Shown here one piece after another: positions 45,800 to 60,540 of a stretch of 64,000 nucleotides of DNA. The stretch covers positions 6,828,954 to 6,892,953 of the forward strand of contig CM120644.1 in the NCBI GenBank assembly GCA_051362555.1, read 5' to 3'. This DNA comes from Lingula anatina (taxonomy: Eukaryota; Animalia; Brachiopoda). The notes under the pieces are model-generated. The model was given only the letters and a program-made list of their open reading frames with translations. It searched no databases and was not told where the DNA came from. Each line of letters starts with the position of its first letter. The stretch's first letter is position 1. The translations under genes and the position numbers were made by a program.

Positions 45800-48700
45800 A
45801 GGGTCAATTACTTGTTATCAGACCGTTCAAAAGATAAAAAGTCGCCGTTTTCGTGATGTTGGTGTCATGATGCTGTGATGATACCAAACTATTACGTTAT
45901 CGTATATATATATATTTGATAGTCATATACATATCAGATAGTCGCAAAGGTTGTTTGGAACATCGCTTATTTGTTGGTGTGTATTATAAATTTCGTGAAT
46001 CGTCAGTGTTTCTGGATTCGGAATATTTCGAATGTTTTTTTTTGGATGTTAATAGAAAATAGTGTCCATTTTCTTCTTCTAATTTTTATATTATTTATTC
46101 TATTTTCATTTATTCAGTCATATTTGTACTTTTTAATTGTAATTTCAGAAGAATATAATTAAATTAGAATAAGTGAGATAAAGCAGTATTCTTCCTACAA
46201 TAAAATACGATTTGAACACTTCATGCCCGCCTGTACTCATTCGGAATACTTCTCGAACGGTCTTGAAATAACGCTTCTCAGCCTAAATGGAAAAAAAAGA
46301 AAAAAAAAGAAAAAGAAACCTTGCAACTATTAAACTACCATCTGCTGCGACTGTGAACAAGAAGTACAGACTACTTTTGGTGTGTTTATTTTTCTTATGA
46401 ACAAATATCACACACGGCTGTCCTAGACATAGAAGTAGAAGACCGAAAACGAAATAGAGTTCGGGTATCCCGGAGAAAATTTTACAGACATAAATTTAAG
46501 AAAAAAATCTTTGCATAAGGATGAAGACATGAAATATATTATTTGTTATTAATCGTTTCAGCGTCTGGCAGTTTGTTGAGGCCTTGGCATGATTTCAGAT
46601 ACACAGCAGGTACAAGTTTGCTGCTGCAGATCCTCTCGTTTGTTAAAGATCGACATTTGAACGGAACGCCGAATGCGAATGCAAAAAGGAAATCCTTGTT
46701 GACACGCGGTATTTTCAGTGGCTGCTTTAATTTCTCCTGGTGTTGTGAGTGAGCTCAAGCCCGGCAAATATCGTATACTGAGGGTTTAGGTGAAGACTTG
46801 CGTGATTTTATGTTCGGGGGTTGTACCGTACACGAGGGATATAAAACCTGGCGTGTTTTATCCTGTAAAGGTATATACACAAAAACTAGTCCGAGCGCTA
46901 CCCGGTATGTTATGACGGTGTGAAACTACCATTTAATGTTATTGTACTCTTATGAAAACCATTCAGACGCTTGGATAATTCGGATGAATGTGTTGAGGAA
47001 AATCGTATTGATGTCACGAAATGCGTATCCAAACGAAGACCGAATAAAGAGTGACAAAAGGGGCCACGAAATGTGGGCTGCAGATCTTTGAAATTGATAC
47101 GATGGCTGAAAAATAATTCGACCCATGTTTGCCACAAAGGAAAAACTCGTTCGTGTTTTAACCTCGTTGAATTCTATTTAGCGCAAGTTTAAATTTACTT
47201 GTGGTGGGGTAGTAAATATTTCCTTGCCTTTTCCAATTGACCGTTTTTTTCCTAAGAACCGATATACACAATTCCCCATGCGACAAAAATTAAACTTGAC
47301 ACAAATTTTAAACGAGCAGTTTAAAGCGACAGAACTGGCCCCACTTCATTCTCACGCATTTTATAAATCACACAAGTGGATCGGAAACTTGAACTTTTCC
47401 TGAGAAAAAAGAAGACGCCTGGAAAGAAGCCAAATCTTTCGCGAGGAAAGCGAAAACAATTATTTCTCGCTGTTTATGAGACTTCAGTAATGACTAACCA
47501 AACAAAGGAATTACTTTATTGATAGCACTAATAAGTTTTTGTTATTCCTAATGTTTATTCAACAATCAGGCAAATATTGAGAAACAGAGAGAAAAGAAAG
47601 AAAGATTGTGCTTACAAATTGATAAATGGGTCGGCGTTCCACAAGACTGACGAAAATAATGCCCTTAACATAGCTTACAACTTTAAAAGGTTTGCAACAA
47701 GAACTGGATCTAGAATAAGGCAAATTATATATACATATGACCTTGTGTTGAAATATTTCTGCTCTGAACTAGTCGATACACAGAAGGGGTACATTTTCCT
47801 GACAAATTCCGCCAACCAAGTGGAATTAATTACCACTCGTCCCAAGGTAAACCGGTCCTGGTTGAATGTTTGAGTTTATCAAAAACCTGTGAACACGAAT
47901 CAATATTTTCTTTGTTTAAACAGCAAATAGCTTCGGTTGGGTGTACGTGTCTAATAAAGGTGTCAGTTGTACGCTGACTGAACATAGTGCTGCGGGGCAA
48001 AGCTGGCTTCCAAGTAGATTTGCATGCATATGTACAGCGTATATATTCGGATATTTTTCAGTTCATAAACTACACCATTAATCTCAAACACGATACCAAC
48101 TTAACAGATCGCATAAATCATATAAAAGCAATAACCAATACCACAGACTAGGCTGTAAAATTATATCTCGTTCACTTGTGCGATTCAGTTTTTTCTTTAC
48201 CCCGCTACGAGGACGCTGTGAGTTAAGTTAATGCGAGAGGAGAAAAGCTTCGCGGTGGAGAAATGCACTGAGGGCATGCACCGAGTGTTATCAGCCCGGA
48301 GGTTGTTATCCACACATAAGTGCCGTATACGTGGCAGCGCACCAGCGAGCCGCTTATTTATATTTCCTCGCGTTCGGTTTGGTGTCAGGTTTCGGCTAGC
48401 CCATTAAAACCACCTTATTGCATTGCGGCCTCGAGACGCACTGTGTTTTTGGAGTGCATCTGCAGCATATAAGGGCCCGTCTTGCGTTCCTAATTTTCAT
48501 CGGGTTTCTCAAGACTTATGAAATGATGTTTGGACATTAAATCCGTCATTTAGCCTACCCCATTGATAGACCCGCTTGGATGCCGCACTATTTATTTATC
48601 TCACATAATACTTTGTACATTATTTATTGCAATGAAGGTTATAAGGGAAAAAAGAAAAACACGAAAAGAAAGGACAAATGTCTTCTTTTTTTCTAAACTG

Positions 48701-50755
48701 ATCGGGAGGAATAAAAGAAAAACTGGCGACAGGCTGCAAAGCAAGTGTTATAAGGAATGTAGAGTTGTCTTAAAGCTTATATAGTTAAGATACTTAAAAA
48801 AATAAAACAGACTTTCTGTAATAGATTCACGTATAAAAACAGAGAGAGAGAGAGAGAGTTATCCGAATAAACAAAAGAACGCACTCAATTTTATCTGACG
48901 CCAACCAGCAATAAAGAGAGCTGAGATCGTTCAGTGATTGGTTTTTCTAAATTAAAGTCACTAATTGTTATTTAAGGCATAGAATTGATGAATGGGAAGA
49001 AAAGCCGTGACCTTAAAGTGTTTGATTTCAAGTAACCCGAAATGTCCGTTTTTTTTTTTTTTCTAACTCTTTACAATTTAAGGTAATGAGGTTTGGCCTT
49101 ACATGTAGATATCTTTAGAGCCAGATACACAAAATTGCTTCAAAGCGAAAGCTTGTTTAAGATATTTGACCAAAAATTTTGATCCACTTATTTTTCAATA
49201 TTGTATATGTAGTACTCTACCAAAATAAAGTAATTCTTAGTCTGCATCAGTAATAATATTTTTCTTTTTGATAAACAGGCATAATGTCTTATCCAACTGG
49301 CTCAAGTTTTGGCCTCACTTTCGGTCTCAAATCCTTTCGTAACAGGAGCTTGAATCCTTGTTTAATGCACACCTCCCTTTTAGTCTTGCGTTTTTATTAC
49401 CACGAGTTTGAAAAATGATCATAAACGTCATCATTCATTGCAAACTCTTTAAATCCGATCCTGAGCATTATTTTACAATTATACGATTGAGCGGCAATTG
49501 ACAATTAGCCAAAAAATCTCGCCCTGTAACCAAATATACCGGAACAAGGTCGACAGAAAAAAAGGCCAGATAAAAAGGCTTTCATATTTCAGGTTTGTAT
49601 CAATTAGTTTTGAAAGCTGAAAGGTCCGACCCAGTGGTAGTGTCAGCGTAGATAGCCGGGCGGGTGACTAACGGCTGTATACTGAACTTTGAGGATTTGG
49701 TTCTGTTAAAAAAAAGAGGAAATTTGTAGAAAAAGATAAGCACTTTCCTGTTTAGAAGTGTTACTGTAAATAGATAATTGTGTAACAGAGCATTGCATTC
49801 ACAAAGCAATCCTCGATCGTGAGCCTCTCAATTGTAGGAAAACAAGAAAAAAAACAGGAACTAGAATTTTTCAGCAGCATTTGTTCGATGTCATGAAACC
49901 GAACACTTTATGTGACAACACAACCCATGTTTAGAAAATGAATCTGTAATTATTTTCCCGTAGAAAGCAGTGGCCGAGATTTTCATTCTAGCTCTGCCCA
50001 TTGAAGTACAACTCCATGCTTTGTAAAGATACCTTTACATGCGATGGTTTGGTCTTTAAAGACCTATACAGCACGAAAGGACGTCAAGTTTTTAATTTAG
50101 ATCAAGCGATTGAAAACGCTGTAGAAAGGGAGTCGAAAGCCGACGAATCAAAATGCCAAAAGAAAGCTAAATTTCGCAAATTTGAATTAACGTCATTTGA
50201 TTAAATTCCTTTTGATTTATCTAAGCTTAAAGCAGACTTAAAGTTCGGTCCAATAATGTGGAATATATATATTTTTTTTTGCATGAAGATGTACTATGAT
50301 ATAAGCCCAGGCCAGCGACATCGCAAAGCAGCGGCGTGTAATACCAAAGCGTTAGTCGAGAGCCTAAGGTCTCTATGGAGCAATTTACGCGCCGTTGGCT
50401 GAAGTATTTGCTCTATTTCTTCTCTGCGTTGATTGATTCGCGTCCTAGGTCGATGATAGAAGGAGAAAAATCGAGTTTGCAGCTTGGGGGAGCTCGTGCG
50501 GAAAATATTTATACCTCTCAGGAGGTCCGATTTCTATAGATCGTGCTTGGTTGGAGCATCCTCTTGTAGGTGTGTTGTAGCGATTTGTAGACCTGCGGCA
50601 TTTGCATGTAATGTGTGAAGATCAAGGAGGGCGAATGCAACTGATAATACTGCAGTATGAGGATGCATTTTGATTTATCCTTTGCTAAAATCGACCGAGC
50701 TTGCAGCGTTTTCGGAGTACATTTTTGCGAAACAAGGGGTCACTTTAAAAAAATC

Positions 50756-50758
<3 letters not shown>

Positions 50759-50802
<44 letters not shown>

Positions 50803-50806
50803 CGTG
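50759..50806. repeat. (CT)n(GT)n microsatellite
   Basis: Read directly. Confidence 0.95.
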
Positions 50807-51750
50807 TAAACAGTTATGCATTTTTTATCTTTAAAAACTGACAAGTCACATATTCTGACCCTATTTTCTTTGTCCTGGCGAAAATTATGTTTCGTTTCAA
50901 TTCAACTTTCGTTCGAATTAAATTTTTATACTTGTCAACGTAAGAAATTGGCGCATTTTTATAAATCAGTGAATTTGATTTGATTTAATTTTATGTTTGT
51001 CGGAATAGATAAAAACACAATTGGGTAAAGCAACTCAATTCTCCACATATCTGGTGTATTTTCGTTTACTCTTCGCCCCGTACGGCGATAAGACTGAAGT
51101 CAAATTTCTCTGCTTATTTACCCTAGCCAATCCAGGGGTTGTACTTTAAGCCCGCGGCGTTTGGGCTGCCTTCGCTCCTTGTGTTCCTCCCATCGTGTCA
51201 TTAACACAGTACAGAGCCCCAGTTGTTATTGTAAACTATTTCTTTAATGGTCTGCGCCGTACCTGTGCGCGCTCTGCTGACGGCAAAACAGATCTGTTCA
51301 CTCTCTGGAATGACTTAGACGGGAGTCGACTACAAAGTGCTCATAGACGATTTGGGTACACCTTAGACATCTAAATCCAACGTATAGGAAAATCTTTTAA
51401 CTCTAACCAGATCTGGTCTACTCTTTTCTCTTTTATCCAGTTCTAGTCAAGAATATTCCAATAGCATATGTTCTATTTCATTTTATTTTATTCTATTCTG
51501 TTCTCACTCAACCTAATCCTTTCTATTTCATTATCCGCCGTTATAATAGTTAACGTTATCATAAACGATTACGTGATCATAAACCATTCTCTCACCTATT
51601 TGTCTAATCCAATATGTTCTTTATCGTTCCTTTACACATATGCTATTTCAAGTTCTAAGTGAATTCTACTCCTATTCAGTTCACTGTTTTATTCTTTTTC
51701 AAAATGCACAATTCTCCTATGTTCCAATACAGTATATTCTAATAGCACTC

Positions 51751-52115
51751 TATTCTATTCTATTCTATTCTATTCTATTCTATTCTATTCTATTCTATTC
51801 TATTCTATTCTATTCCATTCCATTCCATTCCATTCCATTCCATTCCATTCCATTCCATTCCATTCCATTCTATTCTATTCTATTCTATTCTATTCTATTC
51901 TATTCTATTGTATTCTATTGTATTCTATTCTATTCTATTCTATTCTATTCTATTGTATTGTATTGTATTGTATTCTATTGTATTGTATTGTATTGTATTG
52001 TATTCTATTCTATTGTATTCTATTCTATTGTATTCTATTGTATTGTATTGTATTGTATTGTATTGTATTGTATTGTATTGTATTGTATTGTATTCTATTC
52101 TATTCTATTCTATTC
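51751..52115. repeat. Compound pentanucleotide satellite (TATTC)n(CATTC)n(TATTC/TATTG)n
   Basis: Read directly from the sequence. Confidence 0.98.
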
Positions 52116-55100
52116 TTCGTAAAATGTCAGGGACACTTTTCTGTTGCGTATGTTTCATTTATTTTTTTCCATTATATCTGTTAATGTTGTGCCTTTCCCC
52201 CAAGCAAGGCTTCCACAATCAGTTTTTTTTCCTAAATAGATTTTTTTCACTCTGACTTTATTTTCCTGATTTTCCAGTGCACAATTGTCTGTGCTGTTTC
52301 TTGTCAGTAGTGTATTCTCTTCCTTTCCATTGTAATCTACGTGTTCTGATACCCACAGTAGAATCATTCATCTTGCTACATCTATTCTCATCGGTAAGGT
52401 CAAGAGTTCAACAACAAATGCAATGCGAGGTTTATATTAATTTCATTACGCAAATATCATCACACGAACGCGGCGGCCGCTCAGAGACCCCGATTTGCTC
52501 CTTGTCTTTTACAAGACATCCTTTCGAGCTGCCTATGCCAGATTAAGCTCAAGGTTTCTCAAGCTTTGTCGAATCGATTGGCGTTTCTTCAAAGCAGTCA
52601 GCGACTGCATCTACTCAAGAAGATGCTTTAAACTGCGTAGATTGCCACAGTTCACGCGAAACGCGGAGGGGCGCTGCGCATTTGATCGAATAGTACATTT
52701 ATTGATCTGGAGAAACGCATTTATGTCATCAGCAGCTCGGGATGACTTTCAATTCGTCTTGAGTAATTGAGAGAGATTCTAGTATTACTGGACTAAAGAC
52801 AGCATGTGCGTGCGAACGCCTGCTTGTGGTATTTGAGACTGAAAGCAATTGTCATGTATCATATAAAAATGAGTGTGGTTTAGTATTACACTGTGTTATA
52901 AAGATATTATATCTGTGTTGAAAACGCATTCGTTCTTATGCTGATCTTTAATAAGTCAAAGTACGTTTTAATGATCAATATATTTAAAGGAAATTATATC
53001 TGTGCTGTGTCATGTTGAATTACGTTAAAATGGCTTTTAATGCAGCAAATGACAACCAACAAAGTTGGTATTATAAAACTTAAATTTAGAGAACTTAATT
53101 ATTAGAAAAATAACTAGAAAAATATGAAATTAACAAATTTTCCTGGTGTATTCTGGATAGATAAGAGCACTACTACTTTATATTCAGTATTTCTAGTATC
53201 TCTGTCTCTGTTGCTTTAAATGTATTTAAATGTTTTCTCTAGGCGTGTCACTGCAATCTCGACCAGTGAAATGGTTATTCCACCACTGATTGCTGGTTCA
53301 AATTTTTTGGAGTTTTTAAAATATAGAATACTGAGATTTAAAAATGAAGAAAACGACCCTTTCTATGGCATTTTCTTAATTTCGAGAGGGTTGCAGTCTG
53401 TCACGTCAAAGAAGAGTTTCCTATTTTATACGAATTCTCAAATAGCCTACTGTTTGTCATTCTATGACATATCTTGGTTCGAAAAGGCAAGGATTATCTA
53501 AAATATAAACCATAGTGAAATCTCCGTTCTATTATCACACAAAATCTATCTTCATACTTTACATGCAGTTCCATAAATTATCTCTTTTAAGTTCACAGCC
53601 AGCAACTAAAATTCTTTCTTTTTTTTTCAAAATTCACATTTTGTATTTTATAGTTGTGGCAAGGTTTTTCAGGCAATTCCAACAGAAAACGCCATTTCTG
53701 TCTAAACAATTGCACCCGTTTTCTTTATATAAATCACTCTTTTCTTTGGTGTCAAAAATAAATTCATTTTGGTATCAACGTCGAGGCACTTTGGCGCTAG
53801 ATCAAAATGTTAAGTCATGACAATCGTTGAACGCGCATTTTTTTGTCTCTAAGATTGCGTTACCTAGTGGCAACTTTACAAAGGTTCATATTTCTAGAAA
53901 CCTTAATTTCAGCACCGCGGTGCTTAAAACCCTGATCCTAAAACCACATCACACGTGTTTCTGAATGGTCCTCGCCTCCGCTATACGACTATCTTAGCTG
54001 AAATTAAGACTAATGAGACGGAAAACGAATTTCACGATTTGCTCGACAAAAGGATATGTTATATGTCGGTGGTTTATACAGATACTTACATGTTAATCGA
54101 ACTCAACTACTGAGAAGGCAAAATACGTAGAAAAACAAACGAACTTTTTAGTACTAAATTTGGATTGTTTGTAGATAAAGTGCTTAATATTTGGAACGTA
54201 TCTATTTGGTTAAAATTTATCCAAATTTGATTATCTAAAAACGCTACCAATGAATTTCCATATATTCGTAATTGAATTATTCTTAAGATCTTTCATCTAG
54301 GTGTAATTTCAACGATTGAAAATGAAAAAAAAAATGTTCATGAGTCATATGATCACTTGAGATGAAAAGGGAGAGCTACCATTCGTCTTTTTCCAGCAAC
54401 ACCCAGTCTGTCATCAGTTAACCCCTTTTTAGTAAATAAAGAAATAAAGGGCGTTAGCTCGTGCACGTCTACATTTATATTTTTGAGACGTTTCGTTTGT
54501 AATGAGATTAAGTTAGGCGATAATGTAGATCTATAGGGCCCCTGTCCAAAAGGCACGAGGAAAACGAGATTCTCTCTCGATGTTTCCCCTCTTTATATAA
54601 TGTAATGTTATTTTCCACCCACTTCTCTCTCTGTGTCTTTCTCTCTTTCTCTATTCTATATTGTGTCTGTATATTCATCATCATCATCATCTCTCTCTCT
54701 ATTTATCTATCAGGGGTGGCCGTTTCAAGCCTTTTGGAGCACTAATCAAGGAAAACCATTTCCCGTCCTTCCCCCGTCTCCCTTCACCAGTAAGCCTCAC
54801 ACGCAACACCCCTATTATATTCCAGGCCACAAAAGCATCGCCACGTTAAACACGCTATCGTAATTCTAGAGCTGTCAAACAAGTTACACGACACTGTGTA
54901 GTTTCACCTGTCTTCTCGTCTGTAGACTTCGATGTACTTCAATTCAAGGGCCCTTTAATGAACGTGTAGCAGCTTAGCTCACAATCAGATTACGTGTTTC
55001 TATTCGATTTTTACGCAACGTGAGTCGCACTTCAATTTGGAGGCCGTCAAGGGGGCTGGTTCGGGAAGCTGGGGAGGTGGGGGTGCTGAGGGGGGCTGAA

Positions 55101-56200
55101 GGAGAGCCACGTAGCTGTGCCTCTCCTCAGGTAGTGTGAAGAAACCAATGCGTTAAATTGTAACAGCATGTTCTTTGCGCTGTAATTTATAGCTTTTGGT
55201 GAAAGAATGATTTAAATCGCCAGTCAGAAAGTAGTATAGCAGCCAGTAGAGTGTGCACTATCCAAAATTTGATCGTCGTGGCTGTATTGCCGGATAAATC
55301 AGCTTCACAGCCCGAAACACGGACCGCAGCTCTGTTAGTAACAGCATAGAGGTGCATTTGTAGTACACTCCTAAACACATGCACAATTAATTCCTCCCCA
55401 AATACAATTAACAGGTCTGCTTTTTCAGCAGGCTTATTTAATAAAAAAATAGGGCCAAGACAAAGCTGTCTAATCAGTTAGCAAAATCTCAAAATCGAAT
55501 CGTCTGACAACGCACTTTAGGCCCATCACCGGTCAAAAAAGTTCTTGTCCGAACGCAGCCAAGGAAGGTACCCGTTCCAAGGGCAGGCGTGAAGCGTAAC
55601 TGCACATAAATACCACCGGATACAGAGACAGCGGTTATGATGGCAGAATGATAAGCGAATTATCGAAATATAATACCTACGCTGTGAGCAATTTGAATAT
55701 TGACCCCGTGCACCAGATTAAGAGCCACTTATCCACCCACCCTTTAACTCGGCGACACTGCAGAGATTGTTCAAGTGAGCATACTCCAAGATATAATCTA
55801 ATTATCTTTTCATCGGGCTCACTCATTTCAAGACAGGCATCTATTTGGAGGCTTTCGCGCTTGGGGGAATAAAAAACACAGGCAGAATAAATGAATGCTG
55901 GTGATTTCAAAAGTAAATGAGAAAAAAAAATTCATGGATAAATAAACGGAAAATAAAAATAAGAAATAAATAAAGAGAAAAACAATAAGTTTATTGAGCA
56001 CTAAATGATATGAATGCATTTGCAGGCTCACTAGACTACATTATTTACACAATATATATGGGTATACATTTATATATGTTTACATATGTAGTATGCTAAT
56101 GAACTATAATATAAATGTATAAATAGAGATAGGGGGAGATGGAAAGGGGGTAGACAGACGAACAGACAGACAGATAAATATATTGAACACATTTATTCGT

Positions 56201-56256
56201 AAAATCCCTCTGCCAAGAAAAATAGAAAAAGAAAATCCCTCTGCCAAGAAAAAAAA
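56201..56256. repeat. Direct repeat AAAATCCCTCTGCCAAGAAAAA x2, 31-bp period
   Basis: Read directly. Confidence 0.9.
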
Positions 56257-56606
56257 GCATAACTTTGAAATATATTCAACGCTATGAGCGAAGACCACTT
56301 ATCACGTAACCACGTCTTCCTTTTGTCTCTGACAATACATGTCTGAAGCAGAAATGGCGATATCGGTAGGTGCTGGTAATCTTAACACGCATTCTAAGTG
56401 CATCGTAACAAATGACTTAGCAGCGCAGCTCGATAACAACACAGAGCTGCAAGTAAATTGACATCGTCTCTAGTCTCATGTGCGCAGGGGACAACGTTCT
56501 GTGACAAATAAGAGGAACTCTTACTAATAACATATAATAAGAGTGGGATTAGCGCCCAATCAGTTCACAGTGTCGTGAATTATTAATACAGCGTCTGTGC
56601 TGACGC

Positions 56607-56621
56607 AGCGCCCTCTGCCGG
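56607..56621 (-). promoter_or_regulatory. CTCF consensus motif
   Basis: CCGGCAGAGGGCGCT on - fits CCRSYAGRKGGCRSY at all 15 positions. Confidence 0.5.
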
Positions 56622-56769
56622 ACTCTATGCTACTCGCTGCACAGGGTTTCGTCACCAGTGATGTTTATTTATCTATTTATTTATTTTAATTGATTGATCT
56701 GTTAATGATTTAAGAGAAAAGTTAGAGGTAAATTGGCAACCAGACCGCGCTATTAAAACAGTTCTCATA

Positions 56770-56808
<39 letters not shown>
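56770..56808. repeat. (AAT)n microsatellite
   Basis: Read directly. Confidence 0.95.
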
Positions 56809-59327
56809 CGATCTATTGCAACCCCCTGCTGTTCTATGTGCAATCAATTAAAATCTTTTGATTGCAGAGATTTTAAATAAGCTTATTGTAACTTATTATA
56901 AACTTCCTATTACCTAAATCCTAGGTTACCCTAATAATAAGCAGCAGAACAACTAAGGGTTGATCTAGACTCCTTTCTGCATCTTATTTTGTACCCACTC
57001 TCTCCATACAAAAGATATCGTCTCTGAAACTAATAAAACAGTTTTGCTTCCCCCTCCAATTATCTTTTTCTTGGTATGAACGTGCATCTAGAGTAGCACG
57101 AAAGAGACGTCAATTATGACCGGGAAACGTCATAAACTGTAAGACGTGTAAATCAATCTCGTCGACGAGAGTGCGTTGTATTTCAGTCTTTTCTTTTAAA
57201 AGGAACATTAATCATTTGTGACGAATGATGAAAATTTTGATTACATTTTGGCACAATGAGAGAATAACAATTCATGTCAATGAACAGTATCTTTTTTTTT
57301 TTGCTGTGTCAAAACTGGCGTAAGAAACAGTTTGTCATTTAAAGAGCGCAGTATTGTTCCCTGCGACTAAGTTAAATAGACTTAATGTTAACATTAAAAC
57401 ACGTTCGACGTCTGAGAGAGAGACTCCTAAGACGTCCATTCTATCTCTTTTTTTTTCGAATTTCCTGTTTCAACCATGTCTATGGATTCTAGGAAGCTAG
57501 ACAATGGCAGAAAGACCGTCTATTCCCCGAGCAATAAAGACGGGTTGGCGGATCGTTCTTGGCGTCGGCAGTCGGCAACCACGTAATCTTTTAATGGATA
57601 CCGCTTTAGATTGCCTGGTTCACATATAAAGGTAGCGCACTGTATATGCTTCCTGTGAATAGTTTCTAGGGGTTTCATGGAGAATGTAATGGGAACATTT
57701 TGAGGTTTGGAGTGGGAGGTGAGGTCTCTCTCAACGACTGAAAATAATTTCTCCGTGTAGGAGCTCACCACGGAGGTTGAAAACCTTCACTGAGGTCTTT
57801 CTTGAGAACCCTGACTGTCAGAGGTTGTAAAGCCACATGCCTCGGCCACTTATTGTACTAACGTTTCCAATATTGCCTAAAAATCCCCGAGGCAAGTTTC
57901 CATTGACCTCTGCAATCCAGGGTGACTTAAGAGATAAGAAAAACGATTTCGAAAGACATTTCTTTGTGTAGAGACTGAAATATCTGAATGCAGAGGTACT
58001 ATACGTACATCCCTCTTTCTATAATATGAAAGACACCCCTTAAATCTTCAATGTATTTGATTTCTCATTATTAACAGTGAAAAGGTAATTCTGAAAATGG
58101 ACTATGCATGTAAGGAAATTCTAAAAAAAAAGTGCTCGTTTAAAATCCGAACAAAAATACGAAAAAGCAATTGAATTGATATATTAAAGTATATACGCAT
58201 AGCAATAAACACACTGTGCGCATTCGACATTGGACGATATGCACTGTGTAAATTACTGCTGATAAATGGGGGGTTAATTATCGCTAAGCGTCGTTTGGCA
58301 TCAATTTTACTCTTCTTTAATTACCCCTTCGGGATGGTATCGGAGCCCTCTAACCTTATATCCTGACACTGCCGCGTATCGACTTTAATTAAACTAACTA
58401 GTGTTTCCAGGTTTTTCTTTTCCTTTTTTAATGATCAAATGAGGGAGGGGGGGGGGGGGGGGGGGGGGCGCAAGATCTCGAGGCCGCTTGAGACATTTTC
58501 AAAAGTCAATTATATCAAATGAATGAAATCGCATCAAATGCATCTGATACTCCCACTGGAAACGAATTATACTTTACAGTGACATCTGCAGCCTTTCTAT
58601 TCTGCTACGATGCTGATTATCATTATAATACACATTATTACACCCTTATATACACATGTACCAGCATGTATAACATTGATACACACACACACACACGCAC
58701 ACGAACACACACACACACACACAAAAGAATTTTAGATGATGTCGTCTCTCTTCGTTTTCATAATATCGATTGGAAGTTGAACAGAATGACAGCTTAGCAC
58801 ACGTATACGTGTTCACTCCTTTGACTTGATTTATTTGCTAGAACCTTCCACTGTGCAGTCACACCCACCTTTAGCATTGATATAAATAAATATAATAGAT
58901 AAGTTTAAGTTCATAACCACCACTACAAACTTCCTTCACGTCGCCAAACTTTTAATGAATCAACCTTGAAGAGAAAAAACTATTGGTGCGCAGCTGTAAG
59001 AAAATCATTTCAGGTTTAATGTCTTCTGTTGGAAGAAAAAATGATTTATGACTTGTTTCCGTAACGAATAACTGTCATTTCGGAACTCCCCCTCCGGCAA
59101 CCGTTTCATGCACTCGACAAGAAAACCAGTCCAACTTTGGACCGAAGGAAGAAAACTAGTTAGAGAGTGTGATCTGAAACGCCGAAATGTTCCTCTTGTA
59201 CTGGCGTATCCTGGGTGGGAGGGGGGGGGGGGAGCAGAATAAGAATTTTCAAGTGGAAAGGGACAGATTTTTTTAAAGTATGTGGGGTAGAGAGTGAACA
59301 AATGCTTGGTTTGGTCTTGTTTCGATC

Positions 59328-59428
<101 letters not shown>

Positions 59429-59903
59429 TTTTTTTGAGGGGGAGTGAGGGAGGAGAAAATGGAGAAGTATGCGGTACTTGTACATATGTACCTCCTTGTT
59501 CTTTGTCAGCATCGTTATCTGTTTGCCATTAGTAATTCTTTTATAATTTATGATGTAGGATACAAGTCTGTGATAGTAATAGAAAGACTGCACCAGAAAC
59601 CATTTCGTTAAATAGATATGGTAAGGTCATGACAAATGGCTATTTTAAGCACTCTTCATGCGGAACGTCGAAAGTGAGAGACATGATGATATGCTTATCA
59701 GATACATGGAAACAATGCATTTACCCCATAATACGTTATAGATGTAAAGGAGCTGAGAGAACTGACATGAAATGTTAACATCATTAGACTATGAGAATAT
59801 TGAAGGCATTTACATAGTGTATCATTTATATAAAGCATAACTTGTGCGTTCGTTCATTGCAGTATGAAATAATTTAATTTTTAAATGTTTTTGTTTCACG
59901 TTT

Positions 59904-59948
59904 TATTATATTATATTATATTATATTATATTATATTATATTATATTA
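59904..59948. repeat. (ATATT)n microsatellite
   Basis: Read directly. Confidence 0.95.
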
Positions 59949-60489
59949 CTCCCTCACATTGTATGCGCTTAATCTCGTTAATACCCTCCGTTTTCTCTTG
60001 AACACGTACCAAGCTCAAGAGGACACAGTTGCTACACAAAAGAACCTTGTCATGCCACCAGACTTCCTTTCCCAACCTCAGTGAAAAGAAAATTAATGAG
60101 AATCCCCATCAAACGCGGCAGAGAAACGATTAATCTGTCGGGGAATCGATTTCTCATAGGAACGTAAATTAGTGAAAGCTGTCTGTTGGATACTGACGTC
60201 AAATTTAGAGGTTTATTGCATACTGGATTGTCTTGATCATTAGGGGTAAAATCAATGAGTTAGGTACGTATAACAATATGTAAAACATGATTAGATAAAT
60301 TAACATTGGATCAATAAAGGATTATATAAATAAATTGATTATTCAATAGATTAGACAATGAATTATTGATGAAGAGTTGACATATAATAGAACCAATGTT
60401 TATAAGGTGGAGTTACAAAAGCAAAATTTTAATGTCTGTTTCTTTCAAAGCAGATCTCCGGACCAAACTAACTTTAGTTTACATAAAAT

Positions 60490-60492
<3 letters not shown>

Positions 60493-60537
<45 letters not shown>
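60493..60537. repeat. (CT)n microsatellite
   Basis: Read directly. Confidence 0.97.

Positions 60538-60540
<3 letters not shown>

Noticed and set aside
51468-52255. ORFs of up to 160 aa made of YSILF/YCIVL repeats
   Set aside because: Translations of the pentamer satellite.
57811-57827. 16/17 inverted match to 28768-28784
   Set aside because: Matches this long are expected by chance in a 64-kb self-comparison, and the flanks do not extend.
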